A stretch of DNA of 64,000 nt from Myxococcota bacterium. Lineage in GTDB: Bacteria > Myxococcota_A > UBA9160 > UBA4427. The position numbers and the translations under genes are program-made. The stretch covers positions 2,432,001 through 2,496,000 of the forward strand of contig OZ252299.1 in the NCBI GenBank assembly GCA_965250285.1. The letters are read 5' to 3'. Shown here piece by piece: positions 28,296-38,800 of this stretch; the first letter of the stretch is position 1, and every line of letters begins with the position of its first letter. The notes beneath the pieces were generated by a model. It was given only the letters and a program-made list of their open reading frames with translations, searched no databases and had not been told where the DNA came from.

Positions 28296-30221
28296 ATGCG
28301 AAGCACGCCCACGTGCGCATTCGGCCTGTTGGCCGTCACGCTGGTCATCATGGGTTCCACCTCTGCGCTCGCCCAGGACGCCCACTGGGCCTGGCAGAAC
28401 CCGTTCCTCGCACCCAACCCAGATTCGAACATCCACTACGACTCGTGGTTCACCGACACACACACGCAGCCGGCGCCCGCCGGCGCCCAGCGGATCGAGG
28501 CCGACTATCTCAGCCAGGTCACGTTCGATAGCCCAATCACAGGTCGGTCCATCACCAGACGCCTCGCGACGTGCGGTGCGCTCGTCTACAACGCAGAGAA
28601 GGAAGTCACGCTCGTCTGCAGCAGCTGGCCCGATCTGCTTCGCAAAGAAACCACGTGGAGCATCGTCTCCTTCGACGACCAGGGCGAGGTGACTGCGTAC
28701 CGCGGCCTCAAGTTCCCCTACGACAACCTGCCCGACCTGTTCACCAACTTCGCCGGCATCGGCTACTTCTTTCTCGACGAACGAGACCGGATCGTGCTCG
28801 CGACGCCCGAGGGCCAGATCGGCGTCTGGCGCCGCACGCCCTCCCCCGTCAGTGACGTGGATGCGTTCGTTCAGGTCAGGACGATCGACGTCACCACGAG
28901 CGATGGCCCACTCAAGGGCAAATCACTGTACGGGCTCATGCCCAACGAGCAGGGATACATCTGGTTCACGACGACCGATGGCTACGTCGGCACCGTGGCG
29001 CCCGAGCCCTGCCGCGCCGACTGTATTCGTTTCATCGATCTGAACGATCCAGATGGCGACGGCGTGCGCGACCCGCAACCCGACGGCCGCATGCAGCGCA
29101 TCTCCGAATCGCACTCGGTCGACGGCTTGTCGACGTTCCAGCAGACCGACTACAAGATGTACCGGATCGACATGCAGCCCGACGGCACACCCGAGGTCGC
29201 GTGGGAACGACGCTACCGCCGCGGCGTGCAGGTCAAGCCCGGCCAGACGAGCCGCGGCTCGGGCACGTCGCCGAGCTTCTTCGAGATCGATGGGCGCCAG
29301 TTCGTGACGATCATGGACAACGCGATCCGCCCGAACATCAACGTGTACCGCGCCGAGAAGGAGCTCGGCCGCGGCGAGCGTCGCCTCTTCGCTCAGGCCG
29401 CTCCGTTCGGCGACCGCACCGACGTCTCGAACGAGAACTCGCTGATCGTCTACCCGGGGACGTCGGAAGACAGCATTCGCATCTATGCCGAGAACAACTG
29501 GGGCAACCGGACGCTCGCCTCGACGATCGGCCCCCTCGTGACACGCAGCGGCTTCGGCGGCATCGAGGTCTTTGGCGATGGGCGCATGCGCGTGCTGCGG
29601 CCCAACGAGCGCATCCGCATCCCCAACGTGGTCTCGAAGGGCAACATCCCCGACAACGCGATCTACACCTACAACAAGCGGGTCGACGGCTGGTACCTGA
29701 CCGCGCTCGACGCCGACGACGTACGCAACGTGATCTGGACGGCGCGCGTCGGCCCTGGACGCATCATCTGGAACAGCTGGTACTCACAGCTCTCCCAGGC
29801 CGCCGATGGCAAGAACTTCTGGGTCGCCAACGTCCGGCTCGAGCCGGTGGCCGGCAGGCCGGCCCCGGGCGCCTGCCTGTCCTATCGCGACCCCGCCGAC
29901 TTCGTCGACGTGATCGGCGAGATCGGGGGCTTCGAAGGCGGAGAGATCTTCTATCCCGAGTGGCTCCGCGCGTTCATGTTGGGGGAGCTCGCCAGCACGA
30001 AGGCCCTGATGCACGAGTTCGCCTCGGATAAACAGCTGCGCAAGCTCGTCAAACGCTGGAGCAGTGACGTGCTCGACGCCACCTGGCTGCTCTGGGCCGC
30101 GCACTACGACGCCAATCGACTCTCCGATCGCTCGAAGGCGAGGCTCGAGAAGATCGCCGCACGCCACGACGCGCTCGTGGCCGAGCTCGATGCTCGATTC
30201 GAGTCGCACTGCGGGCCGTAG
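28296..30221 (+). CDS. Secreted beta-propeller-like hypothetical protein with C-terminal helical extension
   Basis: AGGAG RBS, signal peptide, NPFLAPNPDSNIHYD and KPGQTSRGSGTSPS motifs, repeated beta-strand blades. Confidence 0.78.
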   Translation: MRSTPTCAFGLLAVTLVIMGSTSALAQDAHWAWQNPFLAPNPDSNIHYDSWFTDTHTQPAPAGAQRIEADYLSQVTFDSPITGRSITRRLATCGALVYNAEKEVTLVCSSWPDLLRKETTWSIVSFDDQGEVTAYRGLKFPYDNLPDLFTNFAGIGYFFLDERDRIVLATPEGQIGVWRRTPSPVSDVDAFVQVRTIDVTTSDGPLKGKSLYGLMPNEQGYIWFTTTDGYVGTVAPEPCRADCIRFIDLNDPDGDGVRDPQPDGRMQRISESHSVDGLSTFQQTDYKMYRIDMQPDGTPEVAWERRYRRGVQVKPGQTSRGSGTSPSFFEIDGRQFVTIMDNAIRPNINVYRAEKELGRGERRLFAQAAPFGDRTDVSNENSLIVYPGTSEDSIRIYAENNWGNRTLASTIGPLVTRSGFGGIEVFGDGRMRVLRPNERIRIPNVVSKGNIPDNAIYTYNKRVDGWYLTALDADDVRNVIWTARVGPGRIIWNSWYSQLSQAADGKNFWVANVRLEPVAGRPAPGACLSYRDPADFVDVIGEIGGFEGGEIFYPEWLRAFMLGELASTKALMHEFASDKQLRKLVKRWSSDVLDATWLLWAAHYDANRLSDRSKARLEKIAARHDALVAELDARFESHCGP

Positions 30222-30314
30222 GCGATCGACGGAGGCGACGCCGTTCGCGGCACCCTGTCGGCGACCGCGCGTGAGCCTGCGTCGAATCCGCACTGAGGTG
30301 AGCGGAGCTCCGAG

Positions 30315-31283
30315 TCAGGCCCCGTGCGCCAGCTTCTCGAACTCGCGCGCGATCAGCTCGGACGTGCCCGACTGGTGCGTCGCTCGCCAGGTGCGCCACG
30401 GGAAGACGCTCTCCCAGCGATGCAGCTTCTCGAAGCTGAGGGTCGCCGTCACGAGCTCTTCGTCGCCCCCGGCCTCGGCGTAGACGTGACTGAATCGCGG
30501 GAACGCGGGCCCGGCGATCGTGCTGTGCCCGAGAAAATCCGACGTGCGGCCTTCGTCGAGCCGCTCGGCACCGTAGCTGCCGGTCCCGTCGGGCCCACCC
30601 ACCTGATTCGCGCTCACCGCGTAGCAGAGGTTCTCCTGGGCTCGCGTCGAGGTGGTCTGCACCATGTAGTCCCGCTTGCCCGGTCCCTTGAACGTGGCGC
30701 AGCAATTGAAGATCAAGCGCGCGCCCTTGAGCGCCATGATGCGAGTCAGCTCGGGATTGAACCAGAAGTCGTAACAGATGATCACGCCGATCGGGCCAAA
30801 GCGGGTCTCGAACACCGGGATCGTCTGGCCGGGGCGGTACGTCACCCCCTCCGAAACCCACGGGAGCGAGCCGAGATGCACCTTGCGGTAGCTCCCGATC
30901 ACCCCTTCTGGTCCGACGACGGCCGCCGCGTTGTAGAGCACGTTCGGGTCGTGCGCATCGCGTTCGGCCAACCCGAAGATCACGTAGATGTCGAGCTCGC
31001 GCGCCAACGCCGCGAGGTGTTCCGTGGTGGGGCCGGGCACCGTCTCGGCGAGCGCATCGTGATACGCACAGCTCGCCTGCCCCGACTGGCACACCGAACA
31101 CTGTCCGAAGCCGATCAGCGCCTCTTCGGGAAAGGCAACGATTTGAACGCCCTGCGACGCCGCTTCGCGCACGTTCGCCTCGATCTTCTCGAGGCAGGCC
31201 TGCTTGTCACCGGCGATCGAGGCGAAGTTGACCGCCCCCACGGTCACGACCTTTTCGTAGCTCGCGTATCGCTCGGGGATCAT
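30315..31283 (-). CDS. Carbon-nitrogen hydrolase (nitrilase/amidase superfamily)
   Basis: Catalytic triad motifs FPEE, YRKVHL and ICYD. Confidence 0.93.
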   Translation of the reverse strand: MIPERYASYEKVVTVGAVNFASIAGDKQACLEKIEANVREAASQGVQIVAFPEEALIGFGQCSVCQSGQASCAYHDALAETVPGPTTEHLAALARELDIYVIFGLAERDAHDPNVLYNAAAVVGPEGVIGSYRKVHLGSLPWVSEGVTYRPGQTIPVFETRFGPIGVIICYDFWFNPELTRIMALKGARLIFNCCATFKGPGKRDYMVQTTSTRAQENLCYAVSANQVGGPDGTGSYGAERLDEGRTSDFLGHSTIAGPAFPRFSHVYAEAGGDEELVTATLSFEKLHRWESVFPWRTWRATHQSGTSELIAREFEKLAHGA

Positions 31284-31437
31284 CGGGTGCTCCTCTCGCG
31301 GGTTCGGCGTCGCCTTCAGATTCGCTCAGCCGCCGAACCGCCGACAGAGGCGCTTGGGGGTGAGGACGCCCTCGTGAACAGAATGCATCCAAATCGATCA
31401 TTTGCGCGAGAACTCGACACTTGGTAACTATGTATCG

Positions 31438-32178
31438 ATGCTGAGTTCGACGGCGCACGACAAGGTTCCCCGCCTCGCGGACATCGTGTTCGATGAGCTC
31501 GTACGCGAGATCCTCGATGGTGCGAGGGCGGTCGGCGATGCGTTGCCGCCCGAACGGGCGCTGGCGGCGCGCTTCGGCGTCTCACGGCTGATCGTCCGAC
31601 AGGCGATCCACCGGCTGGCTGACATCGGCCTGGTCCGCCCGCGCCAGGGCGGCGCCACCGTGATCCTCGGCCGCGACGAAGCCGATGCGCTGGCCCTGCT
31701 CCCCCACACCTACCGCGCGGGGGATCTGGACGATCAACGATTCATCGATTCGATCGAGCACCAGTACACCAATGGCCTCAGCCTGCTCGAGATCGCCGAG
31801 CGCCGCGCGTCTGACGCCGCGCTCAACGCGATTCGGGAGCTGGTCGAAGCTTCCGAGCCCAAACGCGACGACGAGCACGCGGCGATCGAGCTGAACCGAC
31901 GCTTCTGGCTCTCGGTCGCCGAGGCCGGGGGCAATGGCATCGCCATCGCGCAGCTGAGATGGTGGTACCGATCGTTCGCCGACGTCGACGCGCTCACGTG
32001 GGTCGCCGTCGGCGTGCCGCCCGACGAGCGCTACGCGCTCTTCGTCGAGCTGGCAACGAGGCTCTGCACACGAACCGACGCGGCCGCAGCCTACAAGCGG
32101 GCGGGGGCGCCGATCGTGGATCGGCTGATCCTCGAGCGTCGTCGCGAGCAGGTTCGGCGCGGGGGCGTACGCGCTTGA
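31438..32178 (+). CDS. GntR (FadR-like) transcriptional regulator
   Basis: LPPERALAARFGVSRLIVRQAIHRL wHTH. Confidence 0.9.
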   Translation: MLSSTAHDKVPRLADIVFDELVREILDGARAVGDALPPERALAARFGVSRLIVRQAIHRLADIGLVRPRQGGATVILGRDEADALALLPHTYRAGDLDDQRFIDSIEHQYTNGLSLLEIAERRASDAALNAIRELVEASEPKRDDEHAAIELNRRFWLSVAEAGGNGIAIAQLRWWYRSFADVDALTWVAVGVPPDERYALFVELATRLCTRTDAAAAYKRAGAPIVDRLILERRREQVRRGGVRA

Positions 32179-32984
32179 CCTGGATCGACGCCATCCCGTT
32201 CGTCTACGCCGCCGCGATCGGCTTCGAGTGGCTGGCGGCGTGGGCATCGGATCGTCCCGTGTTCGGCCTGGGCGATTCGTTTGCGAACGTCGGTTCGTAC
32301 GTCGGCTACATCTTCATCAATGGCTTCAACGGCCTGGTCATGTACTACGCCTACGTGGCCGTGCACGAGTACGCGCTGTTCGATTTGAGCTTCGTGGCGG
32401 CGGGCCCGAGCTCGGCGCGATTCTGGCTGCTCGGCTCCGCCCTCTTCGTGCTCGATGATCTCACGTACTACGTCTGGCACCGCTTCAGCCACCACAACCC
32501 CCTCTACTGGGCCTCGCACGTGACGCACCACTCGTCGCAGCACTTCAACCTGACGGTGGCGATCCGACAGACGTGGACACCGTTCGTGGTGATCCCCTTC
32601 TGGCTTCCCCTGCCCTTTCTCGGCTTCGAGCCCCTGACCGTCATCTCCTTCCAGGTGGCGAACCTGGTCTACCAGTTCTTCCTCCACACCGAGTTCGTCG
32701 ACTGGCCGCGACCGCTGCGCGCCTTCCTCAACGCACCGAGCCATCACCGCGTGCACCACGGCTCGAACGCCGAGTACGTCGACCGAAACTTCGGCGGCGT
32801 TCTGATCGTATGGGATCGGCTCTTCGGCACATTCGAGCCGCTCGCCGAGCCCGTGCGCTATGGCATCGGCCGAAGCCTCGGCAGCCACAATCCGATCTAC
32901 GTTGGCCTGCACGGGTGGTTCGACCTCGTGCGAGCACGACTGGATACGTGGCGCAGCGAACCGAACGAGGAAAACGTCGCCTAG
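32175..32984 (+). CDS. Sterol desaturase/fatty acid hydroxylase family (alkylglycerol monooxygenase-like)
   Basis: His boxes HRFSH, HVTHH and HHRVHH; NFGGVLIVWDRLFGTF; TTGA overlap with the GntR stop. Confidence 0.92.
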   Translation: MTWIDAIPFVYAAAIGFEWLAAWASDRPVFGLGDSFANVGSYVGYIFINGFNGLVMYYAYVAVHEYALFDLSFVAAGPSSARFWLLGSALFVLDDLTYYVWHRFSHHNPLYWASHVTHHSSQHFNLTVAIRQTWTPFVVIPFWLPLPFLGFEPLTVISFQVANLVYQFFLHTEFVDWPRPLRAFLNAPSHHRVHHGSNAEYVDRNFGGVLIVWDRLFGTFEPLAEPVRYGIGRSLGSHNPIYVGLHGWFDLVRARLDTWRSEPNEENVA

Positions 32985-33094
32985 ACTGAAGCGGCGCCGA
33001 TCGGCCACTCGGGCGCGCGCCCGGCCAGTCGGGCAGGTTCGACCCGATCGAGCGGACGAGGCAATGCGGCCGCCCTGGTCGCCGGGGGCTCTCC

Positions 33095-33928
33095 TTGAAC
33101 ATCGACCTGCTCAAGCTGTTGATCCTGATCGCGATCTTCGGCTGCGGCTGGCTCGGTGCGGCCGTGCCGCTCCGGGAGCGCAACGCGCGTTCCCCGAGGT
33201 TCCTCTCCTGGGGCAACGCATTCGCGGCTGGCGTGTTCCTCGGGATCGGCCTCATGCACATGCTCGGCGACGCCTCGTCGACGTGGACCGACCGGCTCGG
33301 ACAGAGCTACCCGGTTGCGCTCACGCTGGCGGGCGCCGCGTTCCTGATGCTGCTGTGGTTCGAGCACGTGGCGCTCGGCGGCCGCGCCCACGACGATGTG
33401 CATGAGGCCGGCGGCGTCCCGAAGCACGTGGGCGACGCGACGTCGGTCGACGCCGACGGCCCGACCGAGTCGGGCCTTCAGCTCTTGTACCCCTACGCGC
33501 TGATCGTCGCGCTCTCGGTGCACTCGCTGATCGCCGGGATCGCGCTCGGCGCCCAGACGCGACTCGCGAGCGTGCTCCTCATCTTCTTCGCGATCGCGGC
33601 TCACAAGTCGACCGCAGGCTTCGCGCTCGGCGTCAGCCTCGCTCGCGTCGGTGCGCCCCGCTCCCGCGCGCTTCGGCTCGTCACACTCTTTGCGCTGATG
33701 ACGCCGGTGGGCATCGTCGTCGGGTGGGGCATGACCCGCGCGCTCACGGGCGATGCCGAGGTCGTCTTCGACGCGGTCTTTCTCTCGCTCGCGGCGGGCA
33801 GCTTCATCTATATCGCGGCGTTCGACATCATCCGCGATGAGTTCCTTCAGCCCGGACCCCGTCTCGCGAAGTGGCTGCTCGCCGCCGCGGGCTACGGCTC
33901 GATGGCGCTGCTCGCGCTCTGGCTCTGA
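33095..33928 (+). CDS. ZIP family zinc/iron transporter
   Basis: GVFLGIGLMHML, His-containing loop, SVHSLIAG and AHKSTAG motifs. Confidence 0.9.
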   Translation: MNIDLLKLLILIAIFGCGWLGAAVPLRERNARSPRFLSWGNAFAAGVFLGIGLMHMLGDASSTWTDRLGQSYPVALTLAGAAFLMLLWFEHVALGGRAHDDVHEAGGVPKHVGDATSVDADGPTESGLQLLYPYALIVALSVHSLIAGIALGAQTRLASVLLIFFAIAAHKSTAGFALGVSLARVGAPRSRALRLVTLFALMTPVGIVVGWGMTRALTGDAEVVFDAVFLSLAAGSFIYIAAFDIIRDEFLQPGPRLAKWLLAAAGYGSMALLALWL

Positions 33929-34084
33929 ACTTCGCCACGCAGCACGCCACGCTTCCGCTCGATCCTGCGCCGATTGCAGCCCGACTGCGCCAGCGCGAAG
34001 TCACGCCGTCATGTGTTGCTCAACTGCAGACGCAGTGCGCCGAAACAGAAGGAGGACGTCGCGAGCGATTCGGGAGGAAGCGAC

Positions 34085-35353
34085 ATGGATATTTCGGCGA
34101 TGTGGGTGCTGCTCGCAGCGATCCTCGTCTTCATGATGCAGGCCGGCTTTCTCTGCGTCGAAGCCGGCAGTGTTCGAACGCGAAACATGTCGACCGTGGC
34201 GCTCAAGAACGCGATCGATTGGGTGCTCGCTTGTCTGCTCTTCTTCGCAGTCGGTTTCGGGCTGATGTTCGGTACGTCTTCGGGCGGCTGGATCGGGCAC
34301 GACCTCTTCGCGCTCTCGGGCCTCGACCGCGGCGGCCTCGCGGTCGACTTTCCGATCATCTTCTTTCTCTTCCAGCTGGGATTCGCGGGCACGGCGGCGA
34401 CCATCGTCTCGGGTGCGCTCGCCGGTCGGGCGAGCTTCGTGTCGTACGTGTTGACGACGCTGGTCGTGGCCTGCCTCGTCTATCCGATCTTCGGCCACTG
34501 GGTCTGGGGCAACCTGCTCGTCGCCGACAACGAGCCGTGGCTCGCGCAGCTCGGCTTCATCGACTTCGCGGGCTCGACCGTCGTGCACTCGGTCGGAGCC
34601 TGGTTCGGGCTGGTCGGCGCGTGGCTCGTGGGCCCGCGGCGCGGCCGCTACGAGAGCGACGGCGAAGTCAAGCCGCTCGAATCGAGCAGCATTGCGTTCG
34701 TCGCGCTCGGCGTATTGCTCCTCTGGGTCGGATGGTGGGGCTTCAACGGCGGCAGTCAGCTCGCCTTCGACGAGGCCGTCGCACCGATCTTGCTGAACAC
34801 CAATCTGGCGGCGGCGGCCGGCGGTCTCTCGGCCTATCTCTTCGGTTGGCTCGGCCAGGGCAAGCGACACCTCGCAGTCAAGTTCCTCGGCGGCATGCTG
34901 GGCGGGCTGGTCGCGATCACGGCCGGTTGCCACGCCGTCACCGCGTGGGAAGCCGTGCTGATCGGCCTGATCGCCGGCGTCGTGCACGACCTCGCGTACG
35001 ATTGGCTGCTGCATCGGCTGCGCGTCGATGATCCCGTCGGTGCAGTCGCGGTCCACGGCTTCTGTGGCATCTGGGGCACGCTGGCCGTCGCGCTCTTCGG
35101 CGCTCCCGAGCTGCTTGCGCACGGGCGCCTCGTGCAGCTCGGTGTGCAGGCGCTCGGCGTCGGCGTTGCGTTCGTGTGGGCCGCCGGCTGCGCCTGGGTG
35201 ACGTTCGCGGCGATCCGCGCGACGGTGGGGCTTCGCGTCTCGCCGGACGAAGAGATCGTGGGCATCGACATCACGGGCGAGCTCAAGATCCCGCTGCCCG
35301 ACCCGGTCGAGCAGCTCGATGCGGCGCGACTGCGCGCTCTGATGGAGTCATGA
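34085..35353 (+). CDS. amt: Ammonium transporter
   Basis: FMMQAGF, DFAGSTVVH, WWGFNGGS and DDPVGAVAVHG; twin-His motif intact. Confidence 0.96.
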   Translation: MDISAMWVLLAAILVFMMQAGFLCVEAGSVRTRNMSTVALKNAIDWVLACLLFFAVGFGLMFGTSSGGWIGHDLFALSGLDRGGLAVDFPIIFFLFQLGFAGTAATIVSGALAGRASFVSYVLTTLVVACLVYPIFGHWVWGNLLVADNEPWLAQLGFIDFAGSTVVHSVGAWFGLVGAWLVGPRRGRYESDGEVKPLESSSIAFVALGVLLLWVGWWGFNGGSQLAFDEAVAPILLNTNLAAAAGGLSAYLFGWLGQGKRHLAVKFLGGMLGGLVAITAGCHAVTAWEAVLIGLIAGVVHDLAYDWLLHRLRVDDPVGAVAVHGFCGIWGTLAVALFGAPELLAHGRLVQLGVQALGVGVAFVWAAGCAWVTFAAIRATVGLRVSPDEEIVGIDITGELKIPLPDPVEQLDAARLRALMES

Positions 35354-35604
35354 GCATGAGCGCGGCCTTGCGAACCAGTGCCCCCGACAACGGGGCGCTC
35401 TGCTTCGATACGATCCTCGTCCGGAAATCCGGCCACGGCTTCAATCATCTCGCCCTGCCCGACTTTCTTGCGCTGCCGGTCGACGAACGCATTGAGATGA
35501 TCCTCGACCGTCGCATCCGATTCGTGAACGGTGAGGACGAGGTGTCGCCCTACGCCGCCCTCGAGAGTCTCGAGCGTCACCGCAAGCACGCGGCGGGCCG
35601 CTGA
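35350..35604 (+). CDS. Small hypothetical protein (84 aa) translationally coupled to amt
   Basis: ATGA overlap with the amt stop; protein-like sequence FLALPVDERIEMILDRRIRFVNG. Confidence 0.65.
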   Translation: MSMSAALRTSAPDNGALCFDTILVRKSGHGFNHLALPDFLALPVDERIEMILDRRIRFVNGEDEVSPYAALESLERHRKHAAGR

Positions 35605-35833
35605 GACGGCCCGACTCCCCTGGGTGGCCGTTCGGGCAGCGGGGCCGGTCGACGCGTGACCGAGCGGCCCCGAGCGGCGTCTCATCGACTGCGCAGGCTT
35701 GACTGCGCCGATCTGTGCGCATTTCGCCTACGTTCCACACAGACCGACCCGAAACCTTCGTTTCAGAGTGGCGAAGCGGCGGCCGATCGAGGGATCTTGC
35801 CCCACCGCGCCCGCTGGTTCACAGAGGTCCGAC

Positions 35834-38800
35834 ATGGCCGTTCGCGTTGCTCTCCATCATCGAACGTCGTACCGCTACGAGCGACGGATCGAGCTCGGCC
35901 CGCAGACGATCAGGTTGCGGCCCGCTCCCCACAACCGAACGCCGATTCATCGCTACTCGCTCCGCATCGAGCCGGCCGACCACTTCATCAACTGGCAGCA
36001 GGACGCCCACGGCAACTACCAGGCGCGCGTCGTCGTGCCCGAAAAGGTCGACCGATTCGAGGTGAGCGTCGACCTCGTCGCCGACCTCGAAGCCTATAGC
36101 CCCTTCGATTACTTCCTCGAAGAGTCCGCGCGCGAGTGGCCCTTCGAGTACGACGCCGAGACGCTCGCCGATCTGAAGCCGGTGCTCGAGCGACTGCCGC
36201 GCTCGCCGCGCTTCGCCGAGTTCATGCTCGGGCTCGACTGGAAACCCCGCGAGACCAACGACATGCTCGTCGAGACGAACCGTGCGGTGGCCGACGCCGT
36301 CGACTACGTGATCCGCATGGAGCCCGGCGTGCAGTCGCCCGAAGAGACGCTCGCACTCGGGCGCGGCTCGTGTCGCGATTCGGCCTGGCTGCTCGTCCAG
36401 GTGCTACGCGAGATGGGCATCGCTGCGCGATTCGTGTCGGGCTACCTCGTCCAGCTCACGCCCGACATGAAGCCGCTCGAGGGGCCCGAGGGCCCCGAGG
36501 CCGACTTCACCGATCTGCATGCGTGGTGCGAATGCTACGTGCCGGGCGCCGGTTGGATCGGGCTCGACCCGACATCGGGTCTGCTCGCCGCAGAGGGCCA
36601 TATCCCCCTCGCAGCAACGCCCAGCCCGTCGCTGGCAGCCCCGATCTCGGGCCTCGTCGAAGACGTCGAGACCGAGTTCGACTTCGACATGTCGGTCAGC
36701 CGCGTCGTGAACCGCGCGCGCGTGACCAAGCCCTACACCGAAGAGGATTGGGCTCGCGTGCTCGCGCTGGGCGACGCGGTGGACACCGAGATGCGCGACG
36801 CCGACATGCGACTCAGCGTCGGCGGTGAGCCGACCTTCGTGAGCATCGACGAGCCCGACGCCCCCGAATGGAACACCGATGCCCTGGGCGGTCAGAAGGA
36901 AGAGATCGCCGACCGACTGATTCGGCGGTTGATGAACCTCTGGGCCCCCGGCGGCGTGGTGCAGCACGGCCAGGGCAAGTGGTACCCGGGTGAGCAGCTG
37001 CCGCGCTGGGCGCACGCCTGCTACGCGCGAGCCGATGGTCAACCGCTGTGGCACCAGCGAGATCTCATCGCCGAGGCCGGCCGCGACTACGGCCACGACG
37101 TCGACGACGCGAAGGCATTCGCCACTCGTCTCGCGACCCGCCTGGGTCTCGAAGGGGTCGAGCTGCTCGAGGCGTTCGAAGACGCCTGGTACCACCTTTG
37201 GCGCGAGCGCCGACTGCCGAGCAACGTGAACCCGCAGCGCTCCCATCTGGCCGATCCGATCGAGCGGGCCCGGCTCGCCCGGGTCTTCGAGCGGGGTCTG
37301 TCGACGACCGTGGGATGGGTACTGCCGCTTGCGCACGAGGAGACCTGGCGCACCGGTTGCTGGTTCCTGCGCACCGAGCCCTGCTTTCTCTTTCCGGGCG
37401 ACTCACCGATGGGCTTTCGCCTGCCCCTCGACTCCCTGCCGTGGGTGGCCGAAGGCGATGAGCCGACGCCCACACCGCTCGATCCCTTCGAGCCGCGGCC
37501 GCCGCTCCCCGCCCCACCCGGTTGGGGCGCCCAGCCGGCGCACCGAGCCGCCGCGCCGCCCTCCCTGCAGACCGCGTCTCGCGCAGCTGGCAGCGGCACC
37601 GGTCCGCCGATCGATCCGGCGCGCCAGGCATGGGAGGCAGCGCGCCAATCGCTGCCCATGGGCGAGTCGGCGGAGGGCATCGTGCGCACGGCGCTCTGCG
37701 TCGAGCCCCGGGGTGGACAGCTCAAGGTCTTCCTGCCGCCGCTCACCCGGCTCGAGCCCTTCATCGAGCTCGTCGCCGCCATCGAGGCCACAGCGGTCGA
37801 GCTCGGGCTGCCGGTGCAGCTCGAGGGCTATCCGCCGCCCCGCGACCCGAGGCTCGTCGAGTTCAAGGTGACCCCCGACCCGGGTGTCATCGAGGTGAAC
37901 GTGCCGCCGACGACCTCTTGGCGTGAGGCGGTGAAGCAGAGTGAAGAGCTCTACGAGGCGACGCGACAGGAGCGACTGATCGCCGAGAAGTTCGAGGTCG
38001 ACGGCACGCACATCGGCTCGGGCGGCGGCAATCACGTCGTCCTCGGCGGCGCGAACCCGGTCGACAGTCCGTTCCTGCGCCGCCCCGACGTCCTCGGCAG
38101 CCTGATTCGCTACTGGCACAACCATCCGGGCCTCTCGTTCCTCTTCTCGGGACGCTTCATCGGGCCCACCTCGCAGGCGCCGCGCGTCGACGAGGCGAGG
38201 AACGACTCGGCCGACGAGCTCGAGCTCGCGCTGGCCCAGCTGCCTCGTCCCGAGCAGGGTGAACCGCCGCCGTGGCTGGTGGACCGCGTTCTGCGCAACA
38301 TCCTGATCGACGTCACGGGCAACACCCACCGAGCCGAGATCTGCATCGACAAGCTCTACTCGCCCGATGGTCCTGCCGGTCGGTTGGGCCTGGTCGAGCT
38401 TCGAGCCTTCGAGATGCCGCCCCACGAGCGGATGAGCTGCGTGCAGCAGGTGCTCGTGCGCTCACTCCTCGCGATGTTCTGGCGCACGCCCTATGAGGCG
38501 CCGCTCGTCCGGTGGCGCACGGCCCTCCACGACCAGTTCATGATGCCGCACTGGGTCGAGCATGATCTGCGCGAGGTGGCCACCGACCTGACGAACGCGG
38601 GCTACCCGATCGACATGGGCTGGTTCGAGCCCCACTTCGAGTTCCGATTCCCCCGCTACGGCGAGATCACCCTCGACGCCATGAGTCTCGAGGTCCGCGG
38701 CGCGCTCGAGCCCTGGCACGTGCTCGGCGAAGAAGCGTCCGCGAGCGGGCAGGCACGCTACGTCGACTCGTCGGTCGAGCGGCTCCAGGTCAAGACGGCC

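Noticed and set aside
35688..35722. NtrC-like TGCGC...GCGCA sites upstream of the transglutaminase/DUF2126 gene
   Set aside because: Spacing does not match the 17-bp consensus, and such motifs are common at this GC content.
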